NCBI RefSeq assembly: GCF_009914755.1
Contig: NC_060932.1
DNA length: 64,000 bases
Direction: 5' to 3' (one strand)
Source: the human T2T-CHM13v2.0 reference genome, Homo sapiens
Shown: positions 13,780 to 25,312 of the stretch, one piece after another
How the letters are laid out: each line of letters starts with the position of its first letter
Position numbering within the stretch: the stretch's first letter is position 1
Notes under the pieces: generated by a model
Databases searched by the model: none
Told to the model about the DNA's origin: nothing
Seen by the model: only the letters and a program-made list of their open reading frames with translations
Program-made: the position numbers and the translations under genes

Positions 13780-16700
13780 ACAAACCAGACCCAAAGATAG
13801 TAGACTGGAGGGGCACATAACATACTAAGACACGAGCTGAGGCAGCCAAGTGAGTGCTGGCACCGGCCCTCTTTGAACCCAGGCAGCACAGCTTGCAGCC
13901 CCCAAATAGACCCCTTCCTTCCACTTGAGGAAAGGAGATTGAAGAGTGGGGAGGATTTTGTCTTGTATCCAGGATACCAGCTCAGCCATGGCAGGATTGA
14001 GCAATGGTCAGAGTCATGAGTCCCCTGCTCCAGGCCCTAGCCTCCAAATGATATTTCTAGACACACCCTGGGCCAGAAGGAAACCTGCTACCTTCAAGGA
14101 AAGGAATCATACCTGGCAGCATCTCCCAGTTAGCAATCCCCCTGCTAACTGAAGAGCCACTGGGCCCTGAATAACCAGTAGTGATACCCAGGTACTACAT
14201 CGAGGGCATTGGGTGAGTCTCTGAGTCTTGCTGACTTCAGGTGAGACTCAGCACATTAACAGCTGTGGTGGCTATGGGAAAAGTACTCCATCTGCTTGAG
14301 AAAAGCAGAGGGAAAAGTAAAGGGGACTTTGTCTTACACCTTAGAGATAGCTTGGCTCTTCAGTTAGCCATACTTGGGTAGAGAACCAAGTAGGTCCTTC
14401 AGGTTTCCAATTTCAGGACTGGACTCTTGGACACCATTTTTAGACCTGCGCTAGGCCAGAAGGAAGCCCACTTCCCTGAAGGGTGAGTCCCAGGCCAGGC
14501 ACGTAAGTATTCATAATTAGAGGCCTTGAGACTTAAGGGAAAATTGGTGGTAGTCTGACAGTACTTCTTGTGGCCTTTGGTGTCAGTGGCTATGGGGTGA
14601 GGCACCTCTACCTTTGGAAAGGAGAGGGAAGAATGAGAAGGACAGCCTCTTGTGGTTTGGGCGCCAGCTCAGCCACAATACAATAGATTACCAGAAAGAC
14701 TTTTAAGGTTTTTGGATCTAGTCCTTGACTCCTGGATAGCACTTCTGGACCCAGTAGGGGCAGGGAGAACCTTGTTGCCCTAAAGTGAAGGACAAAGCCA
14801 TGGCTGGCTTTGTTAGCTGCTGACTGTAGAGCCCTAGGGCCTTAGGTGAACATTGACAGTAGCCAGGGAGTGGTTACAACAAGAATTGGGTGAGAATTAA
14901 CACTTTGCTGGCTTTAAGTCTGACCCACTGCAGTCATAGTGCGGGTGGCCATAGGGATGCTTGTGTCACTGCACCCCCACTTTAGGTGGTTCAGAATAGA
15001 GAGACTCTGTATGTTTGGGATAAAGTAAGGGAAGAGAAAAATAGTCTATGCCTGGTAATTCAAGGAATTCTTCAAGATTTTGTTTAAGACCATTAAGGCA
15101 GTACTCTAGGAGTCTGCAAGAACCACAGCATTATTGGGCTTGGGGTGTCCCTAAAGCAGATACAGCTTAGATAACAAGAGCCAAGTCCTTTCAAATATTG
15201 GAAAGCCTTCCCAAGAACAGTTACAAATAAGCCCAGACAGTGAGAACTACAATAAATAGCTAATTCTTCAATGCCTAGACACTGAAAAACATCTACTATC
15301 ATCAACACCATCCAGGAAAACATGACCTTGCCAAACGAACTAAATAAGTTACCAGGAACCAATCCTGGATAAACAGAGATATGTGATCTTTCAGACAGAG
15401 AATTTAAAATAGCTGTGCTGAGAAAGCACAAAGAAATTCAAGATAACACAGAGAAGGAATTCAGAATTTGATCAGATAAATTTTAAAAATAGTTAAAATA
15501 ATTGAAAAGAGTCAAGCGGTAATTCTAAAGCTGAAAAATACAACTGGCATACTGAAGAATGTATCGGGGTCCTTTAATAGCAGAACTGATCAAGTAGAAG
15601 AAAAAATTAGTTAGTTTGAACTCAGGCTCTTTGAAAATACACAGAGGAAACAAAAGAAAAAAAGAATAAAAATCAATGAAGCACACCTACAGAATTTAGA
15701 AAATAGCTTCAAAGGGACAAATCTAAGAGTTATTGGTCTTTAAGAGGAGGTAGAGAAAGAGATAAGGGTAGAAAGTTTATTCAAAAGGATAATAACATAG
15801 AACTTCCCAAACCTAGAGAAAGATACCAATATTCAAGTAGAAGAAGGTCATAAAACATCAAGCAGATTTAAACCAAAAATAACTGCCTCAAGGCATTTAA
15901 TAATCAAACTACAAAATGTCAGGAATACGAAAAGGATTCTAAAAGCAGCAAGAGAAAAGAAACAAATAGCATAATTGGAGTTTCAATATGTCTGGCAGCA
16001 GATTTTTCCGTGGAAACATTACAGGCCAAGAATGAAAAAAATAATACAAAAGATCAATGAAACAAAAACTTGTCTTTTAAAAAAGTCAAATAAAATTAAC
16101 AAACTTTTAGCTAGACTAAGAGAAAAAGAAAGAAGATCCAAATAAATAAAATCAGCAGTAAAGAAGGAGACATTACAACTGATACTGCAGAAATTCAAAG
16201 GATTATTAGGGGCTACTATGTGTAATGATATACCAATAAATTGGAAAATCTAGAAGAAGTGAACAAATTCCTAGATAAATACAACCTACCAAGATTGAAT
16301 GAGGGAGAACCTGAACAGTTCTTAAAACCTGAACAGACAAATATCAATTAACGAGATTGGAGCCATAAAAAAATGCCTTCCAGTAAAGAAAAGCCTGGGA
16401 CCTGATGGCTTCACTGCTGAACTCTATCAAACATTTAAAGAAAAACGAATACTAATTTTACTCAAACTATTCTGAAAATAGATGAGGAGTAAATACATCC
16501 AAACTCATTCTATGAAGCCAATATTACCCTGAAATCAAAACCAAGACACCTCAAAAAAAATACTAAAGGCCAATGTAACTGATGAATATTGATGCAAAAA
16601 TCCTCAACAAACAACTAGCACGCCAAATTCAATAATACATTGTAAGATTATTTATAATGACCAAGTGGGATTTATCCCTAGGATGCAAGGATGGTTTAAC

Positions 16701-19120
16701 ATGTATAAATCAATTAATGTGATACATTATATCAACAAAATGAAGAACAAAAACCATATGATCAATTTCAATTGCTGCCGAAAAACCATTTGAATCAACA
16801 TCTCTTTATGATAATTACCTTAAAAATCTGTAGTATGGAAGGAACATACATCAACATAATAAAAGCCATGTACAATAGACCCATAACTAGTATCATACTG
16901 AATGGGGAAAAAGTGAAAGCCTCTCTTCTAAGACCTAAAACACGACAAAGATGCCCTCTGTCACCACTGTTATTCTGCATAGTACTGGAAGTCCTAGCTA
17001 GAACAGTCAGACAAGAGAAAGATATAAAGGGCATCCAAACTAAAAAGAAAGAAGTACCATTATCCTTGTTTGCTGGTCATATGATCTCACATTTGGACTC
17101 CACCAAAAAACTATTAGAATGGATAAACAAATTCAATAAAGTTTCAGGATACTAAATCAACGTACAATAATCACTAACATTTCTATATACCAACAGTGAA
17201 TAATGGGAAAAAGAAATTTAAAAAGTAATCCTCTTTATAATAGCCAAACATAATATTAAATACCTAGGAATTAACCAAAGAAGTGAAAGATTTCTCTAAT
17301 GAAAACTATAAAACATTTATGAAAGAAATTGAAGAGGACAAAAAAAATGGGAAAATATTCCGTGTTCATGGATTGGAAGAATCAATATTGTTGAAATGTC
17401 CATACAGCCCAAAGCAATCTACAGATTCAATGTAATCTGTATTAAAATACCAGCAATATTCCTCACAGAAATAGAAAAAAGAAAACAGTTCTAAAATTTA
17501 TATGGAACCACAAACAGCCGAGAATAGCCACAGCTATCCTAAGCAAAAAGAACAAAGCTGGAGGAATCACATTACCTGACTTCAAATTATACTAAAGAGC
17601 TATAGTAATGAAAACAGCATGGTACTGACATAAAAACAGATACATAGATCAATGGACCAGAGTAGAGAACCCAGAAACAAATCCATCTAAGTACAGTGAA
17701 CTCTTTTTTCACAAGGGTGCCAAGAACCTACAGTGAAAAAAAAAGCCTCTTTACTAAATAGTGCTGAGGAAATTGGACATCCATATGCAGAAGAATGAAA
17801 CTGTCAGCATTTAAAAAAAATCAAATCAAAATGGATTAAAGTCAAATCTAAGACCACAAACTGTAAAACTACTGCAAGAAAACATTGAGGAAAATCTGAA
17901 GGACATTGATCTGGCCAAAGATTTCTTGAGCAATGCACCACAAGTACAGGAAACTGAAGCAAAAATAAACAAGTTAAAAAGCTCTGCACAGCAAAGGATA
18001 CAATCAACAAAGTGAAGATACAACCCACATAATGAGAGAAAATATTTGCAAACTCCCCATCTGACAAGCGGTTAGTAACCAGAATATATAAGGAGCTCAA
18101 ACAACTCTGTAGAAAGTCATCTAATAATATAACCAAAAAAAGATCAAAAGGTTTGAATAGGCATTTTTCATAAAAAGACATACAAATGGCAAACAGCCAT
18201 ATGAAAAAGTGCTCAGTGCCATTGATAATCAGAGAAATGCATATCAAAACTGCAATGAGATATTGTCTCACCCCAATTAAAATTTCTTATATCCCAAAAA
18301 ACAGGCAATAACAAATGGTGGCAAGGATGTGGAAAAAAGGGAACCCCTTATACACTGTTGGTGGGAATGTAAATTAGTACTATCACTATGGAGAAAAGTT
18401 TGAAGGGTCCTAAAAAATCTAAACATTGAACTGCCCTATGATCCATCAATCCCACTGGTGGGTATATAACCCAAAGAAAGGAAATCAGCATATTAAAAAG
18501 ATATCTGCACTCTCATGCTTGTTGTAGCACTGTTTACAATAGCTAAGATTTTGAAGCAACTTAAGTATCCATCAGAAGATAAATGGATAAAGAAAATGTG
18601 GTACTTACACATTGGAGTACGAGACAGCCATAAAAAGAGAATGAGATCTCATCATTTGAAACAACATGGATAGAACTGATGATCATTATGTTAATATGAA
18701 ATGAGCCAGGCACAGAAAGACAAACATTGTATGTTCTCATTTATGGGATGTAAAAATAAAAACAATTGAACTCATTGACATAGAGAGTAGAAGGGTGGTT
18801 GCTATAGGTTGAGACAGGTAGTAGGGGGATTGGGGTAAGGGGAGATTGTTAATGATTCCAAAAAAAAAAAAAAAAGAATGAATGAATAAGACCCACTATC
18901 TGATAGCACAATAGGTGACTATAGTCAATAATAATTGTGCACTTTAAAATAAAGAATGTAATTGGGTTGTTTGGAACTCAAAGAATAAATGCTTGAGGGA
19001 ATAGATACTTTATTCTCCATGATGTGCTTATTTCACATTGCATGCCTATATCAAAACTTCTCATATACCTCATCAATATATACACCTACTATGTACCCAC
19101 AAAAATAAAAAATAAAATAA
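13780..19120 (+). mobile_element. L1MA1/L1MA2-type LINE: 5' UTR, ORF1, internal deletion, ORF2, 3' UTR; non-coding
   Basis: GC-richer 5' region 13780-15270; ORF1 remnants 15300-16030; ORF2 RT remnants (16772-17155, 'RQRCPLSPLLFCIVLEVLAR'); 3' end 'tacacctactatgtacccacaaaaat' + A tail. Confidence 0.93.
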
Positions 19121-19264
19121 AGTCATTTCTTATTTGTTGCTTCCTGTTTACTGGGTATTTTCTCCCATCCTACCTATATGGACAAAAAAAAAAAAAAAAC
19201 ACTTTCTTATTAAACACATTTTTCCCTTACATGTCATTGAAAATTGACAAATTATATAATATAA

Positions 19265-19575
<311 letters not shown>

Positions 19576-19724
19576 AATATAGTCACATTTCTTGCCAGTA
19601 TGTATAGACATATTTGTGACATTTATTTTTACATAGATATTTACAAGCAAGTAGTATAAAATGAAGGAAAAAAAGATGAGTATCAACATCATGCTGAAAA
19701 ATTTATAGTATTAAGAATGAGACC

Positions 19725-20045
19725 AGCCGGGTGCGGTAGCTCATGCCTGTAATCACAGCACTTTGTGAGGCCGATGCGGGCAGATCAGGAAGTCAGGAGA
19801 TCAAGACCATCTTGGCTAACACGGTGAAACCCCATCTGTACTAAAAATACAATAAAAAAAGAAAAAGAAAAAGAAAAAAAAATTAGCCGGGCGTGGTGGC
19901 GGGCGCCTGTAGTCCCAGCTACTCTGGAGGCTGAGGCAGGAGAATGGCGTGAACCCGGGTGAGCCGAGATCGCGTCACAGCACTCCAGCCTAGGCGACAG
20001 TGCAAGACTCCGTCTCAAAAAAAAAAAACAAAAACAAAAACAAAA
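19725..20045 (+). mobile_element. AluY-like with expanded middle A-linker and 15-nt right-arm deletion
   Basis: 'ggctaacacggtgaaacc', 'agaatggcgtgaacccgg'; perfect 12-bp TSD aagaatgagacc. Confidence 0.96.
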
Positions 20046-21711
20046 AAGAATGAGACCTAGATCCATCTTTAATGAATCCATGACCTTAAAACGTTAAAGT
20101 TTCTGAGCTACAATTTTCTAATTGTTGAAGAGTATTGTAGTACCAGTAGCTGTGATAACAAAGATGCCCTGAAATTGATTTATTAAAAAATTAGTATAAA
20201 ATGGTAGCTGTTTTCATTTTTACATTTGCTATTTTATTTGCCTTTATTCATAAATCTCTCTTTGATAGACAGCAATAAGCTAGAAGTTATGCAATCACTT
20301 CCTAACTGCGTTATATCCCCTAAACGTGAGCAGCTAAGGCACATTATATACCACCAGGTATTGAATATACCACAAGGAATTAAGGGAATTTTCACAAGCC
20401 TTGGAGCCAGGCAAAGTGAGCATACAGAAATTATTATTTGATTTACAAGAATGCTCAAATAATGAGTATTCTATTTTAAGTCTTTACTAATTTTTTTTAA
20501 AAAAGAAGAAATAATTACTTGGTTTAAATGGTGGCTATGAAAAAGAGTTCCAATGTATCTATTTCTATTGGTAATTAGAACTCATTGAATCTAACAAAAT
20601 ACTGCTTTGGTGAATAAGAATTATTGTATATCTTATATCTATAAAGAACATTTAATTCTCATTGTAATTGATTTAATGATAAATTGTAGGGCATGGTAAT
20701 ACATTATTGATGATATCAAGATTCACGGTAGAATTTATTTATTTAAAGCCAAAACACACTAATTGTTTTTTATTTACTCAGGCATTTGGTAGTTATTAGA
20801 CACAATATATTGACTAATACTTATGTTTTCTTTTGGTATTGATAGTACTGGTTCCCCAGTTAGTATTTTCTAGGAATTACTTCTATCCATTACACAAGGA
20901 TATTGTATTTTTAATAGAATGTGACTCTGGCACTCACTCCTGCCTTCTGTTACTCCACATTTGGATAATTAAACAAAATGTGGAAAGAATTTCTGATCTA
21001 GGATTATTAAACTTGGTCCAAGAGTATATAGTAAAGCTCTTTCCAGCAATTGAAGTTGTGAGATGCAAAATTCAAACACCATAAGAGGACGTGTTTTCAT
21101 TATAAAGAGAAAGTCTGCATGAGTGAAAACAATGAAGTGTATTCAAAGAAAAAAATGATAATAAGGAAGATAAAGTCTTAGCTTTGTTCAAGTTCCTGGC
21201 CCAGTTGTTCTGAGGATTAGCTGTGTCTGTAAAATTTCAGCTACAATGTTATTCGCCATTATATTTCTATTTAATGCAATATCCTTCAATGCATTAAAAG
21301 ATACATTGAATTTTTCTAGTTGCAATTAAGACTCCAGTTAACATTTGTACTTAAAATTCCTCTTATATTTGGAGAAAAACAACAACAACAAAATACTGTT
21401 ATTTTGAATGGAGATAAGTAATTCTTACTTATTTCAAAAAGGATTTTAAGTTATTTGATGGACTCAGTAAATTAACACTGGAAGTCCCTCTGTGAGGACT
21501 TACTATATGATTGATTGTATTACAATTAAAAATATTCTTTACAACTTCATAAATAGAAAACATCTACAGATGTCTCAATTGGAAAATAAAATATAAAGCT
21601 AAACAAAACAAAAGAAGCAAAACTAATTTGAGTGGTTCCCCCCCAAACATTCCCCCTTTCTTATACATGAATCCTCTAAGTATGCTCAAATACAATATCA
21701 AATGTTAATAA

Positions 21712-22385
21712 TTCAATATATCACCATTAGCTGTAGTTGCCTTGTTGTGTAATAGGTCTCTTGACATTTATTACCTCTAACTGTACTTATGTACCCTTTG
21801 ATCTTCCCATTGCTCCATCTCCCCTAATCACCAAAGCCTCTGGTAGTTAATGATGATATAATATATTCTTGAAAAATGTAAAGAGAGTGATTGTTATGTG
21901 CTCTCACCACAAAAATAACTATGTGATGTAACGTATTTGTTAGCTAGCTAGATTTAACCATTCCACAATGTTTATATACTTCAAAAATCATGTTGTACAC
22001 AATAAAAACATACACTGTTAGTGTATCAGCTGGGCGTGGTGGCTTACTCCTATAATCCCAGAGCTTTGGGAGGCTGAGGCGGGTGGATCGCCTGAGGCTG
22101 AGGCAGGTGGCCTGGCCAACATCGTGAAACACCATCTCTACTAAAAATACAAAATTAGCCGTATGTGGTGGCACGCCTGTAGTCCCAGCTACTTGGGAGG
22201 CTGAGACAGGAGAATCGCTTGAAGCCGAGAAGTGGAGGCTTCAGTGAGCCAAGATCTCACCACTGCACTCCAGCCTGGGCAAGACAAACCAAGCCTCCAT
22301 CTCAAAAAAAGAAAAGAAAACAAAACAAAACAAAACAAAAAAACAAAACAAACAAACACAATTCACTGTTATCTGTCAGTTAATT
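21712..22385 (+). mobile_element. Short L1MA (about L1MA5) 3' end with inverted 5' part (21712-21845 on minus), interrupted by Alu
   Basis: Sense 'attcttgaaaaatgtaaagagagtg...ctctcaccacaaaaataactatgtg'; the preceding segment is the reverse complement of the upstream 3'-UTR consensus. Confidence 0.8.
22028..22360 (+). mobile_element. AluS with rearranged B-box region and (CAAAA)n tail
   Basis: Dimer structure; degenerate TSD around 'cactgtta..t.tca'. Confidence 0.95.
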
Positions 22386-22429
22386 TGTTTTTATTAATGA
22401 AGGTTGCAGATAGAAATAAGATTGCTATT

Positions 22430-22702
22430 CGTCTGGCCTTATGACTTCTGACATAAAAAGATAGGCATGTTGGCACATGCCTGTAACCCCACCTACTGAG
22501 GAGGCTGAGGCAGAAGAATCACTTAAGCCCAGAAATTCAAATCCAGCCTGAGCAACATAGTGAGACCCTATCTTAAAAATAAACCAACCAACAAACAAAC
22601 AAAACTGTTGAAATACAGAACTACAAGAAGAGATGATAAATTTATTTTTTTAAGAAACTAACTTTGTAGTAATTTATTATGGAAACCACAGAACACAGAT
22701 AC
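22430..22702 (+). mobile_element. MLT1 LTR 3' fragment interrupted by an Alu monomer
   Basis: 'cagaactac...gataaatttat...tttgtagtaatttattatggaaaccacag...gataca'. Confidence 0.55.
22463..22604 (+). mobile_element. Free left Alu monomer (FLAM)
   Basis: Single monomer ending 'agcaacatagtgagaccctatct' + (CAAA)n tail. Confidence 0.85.
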
Positions 22703-25312
22703 AACCAGATAGCTTAGAAGTATTTATAGAAAAATTTGAGTAGTAACTTTTTTGGAAGTTAATCTTTTCTCTAATACTCAATGATTTAAAAAAATCACTT
22801 TATTAAACCTTGTTAATATTTAAATTGGTACATTTTAATACAGTGTGGTAAGAATGATGGTGTTATAGAGAGTTTTAAACATTGACTTCACAGAGATAAA
22901 CACAATTTAAATGTATAACATGTTTTGTCAGAGGAATTATGGAATTTAAAAAACAAGACACCTAATTCAGATTTGCTGGACAGAAAAGATTACTGAAATA
23001 AACAGAAATCTAAGCAGGAACCCAAAGGATGATTAAATCTGAGTTTATCATATGAGTGGGGACAAAGTGTTGAAAGAGTAAACTATATATGAAAAAGACT
23101 GGAATTTTAAGTAACACATGAAGGTCAAGAAGTGAGAAATTCAAAATAATTATATGTAAAGTGTCAAGGTAAGTTGCCCATATTAGGACTAATTTAAAGA
23201 AATACTTATTGAGAGCTTAAATTTTTTTCATACCACTAGTCTTTGTGACTTTATGGTTAATCATCTATAGATCAGATAAACATGAGGAGAAATAGCTAAT
23301 TGGCATTACAAGTAAAAGATCATGAAGTTACCCAGTTCTCCTGACTACAAGCAATTCATTCTAACTCATATTATCTATATTTCCAAACAAGTATCAGTAG
23401 AGTACTGTGTCATTTTGCCTATTTTAAGAAACTGATGCCACCAAATTTATTTCTTTATAAACAAAATCAAGGCACATAATTACAATTTCAGAGACTTCGA
23501 TCACATTAGCTATTCTGAAAACTTACATCATCATTCTGGAAACACCACTTGCCACGCACACACAAAAATAGTAACCCATTAAATTTGTAAGACCCAAAAT
23601 ACCTGAAACATCTGCCTTTTAAGGGGTTGAACTTGCAGAAGAATTTACACAGAAGATACACTTAAATGACAATCCATCATCAACACTAACCCAAACACAT
23701 TAAGTATTTTTATATATGCTTTAAAATGTCAGTAAAGATGACTCATCCCTTGGAAGCTACTACCAGTGGAGACTGTCTTGCTTTAACTTTCTCTCTTTCA
23801 TGGTTCACTTTTCTATGACCAGATGTTATTATAGCAACAGACATTATAATAAACCATTTACAGAATATCCCAGAGTACTTTATAAACACTGATTTCCTGG
23901 AGAATGATTTTCAATTTTGTGCATGTTCTTTGTATCTTTAAAGTCTTGAGTCAGACTCATCCATATGTCCACCTATCACAGCCACCTGATAGTCAAAATG
24001 TGTAAGTTAGTATCAAAATTGATGTTGCAAGTGTAAACTGAAAGGAAATAACATTATAGAGTTTACTTTTAAAGATCATGTGTCTTCAGGCAAATGTAAA
24101 ATTGGTGCACTATATTAGTCATAAGCACTATTAGTTATAAGCACTATATCAGCAGCAAGAAATCAAACAACTTTAACGTGGCAAAATTTGGGCAATCTGA
24201 CACTTGGACATGAATTTCCCTTTAACAACCTCTATTCTATCCACAACAATATCTTTCTTTATCATATTTTCAGTACCCTACCAGAGCCAGTTAAATGGAA
24301 AATTGTAAAAATGTTTTTAGGGCAGTTAATGCTTTCTCTCCCACTTTTCCAAAGCTCTCTTCTTGCTAGTCCTCATCCCTGGATAGTAGGAGTTATATAC
24401 GTACTCTTTTCTTCCTTTAGAAAAACACAAGGAACAATTGTTCATGAATACCTTTCTTCTTTCATTTCAGGGTTTTTTTTTTTGGTTCAGCTATATCTAA
24501 ATAATTTGTAATAATTTGTCTTACCAATAAGCAAGTTTGTTTTTGTGAACAGTTGTGCCAAGTATGACATTGTGGCAAAATTACCTCATTTGCAATGGCT
24601 GATATCATGAGAATATTGACCTTTTATTAGAAGCCAAAGTTGGTGTATTACCTTAACAATATCAGTAGGAAACCCAGGCTGTTTCTACACATCCATGCCT
24701 CTATCCACACTGAGAGCTTTGAATCGCAGACTTGCCATCTGATTACAAAATGGCTGGTAGAGTTCCAGACATGCCATCAAAAAAATAACAACCAAGCAGT
24801 AAGGAAAAGACAAGAGCAAAAGGCATCTATCACATTTACAAGAAAGAACAGATTTTTCAGCAAAAAGTCTTCTGCCATGCATATACACACACTGTCCAGT
24901 AGAATATTCATACATCTTATTAGCAAGAGCTGCCACATACTTAACTTGAATTAAGCTCTGGATAAGGATAAGTCATTATTTTTGGTTAACAATCATGATC
25001 CAACCCCAGGAGAAAAGTGGTAGTGGCTATCTGATAAAATTTGTCAAATATAGTTTGCAGTTTTGTGCAAAATGTTCAACATAGACAATGATGTCTATGC
25101 ATGTATTTATGTGCAAGAAAACAGGGAGTCAAGGTAGAAGGGAGATAGGTGGGCATGAGAGAGCATGAAAGAGAGACAGAGAGAGATAGAAAAAAGAGAG
25201 ATTTGATTTATAATACTCAATATTCAGAATAATATAATTGTATAAATAACAATATCATTTATATTCTCAATTATATTATTCAGTCTGTAATACTCAAGTA
25301 TTCAAAATAATA

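Noticed and set aside
24113-24147. 16-bp tandem duplication, with similar small ones at 28202-28225 and 57769-57790
   Set aside because: Ordinary slippage duplications with two copies and no spacers; not an array
20226-24954. Short ORFs (70-107 aa) outside repeats
   Set aside because: No recognisable domains; composition biased to I/L/F/K as expected for chance ORFs in AT-rich DNA
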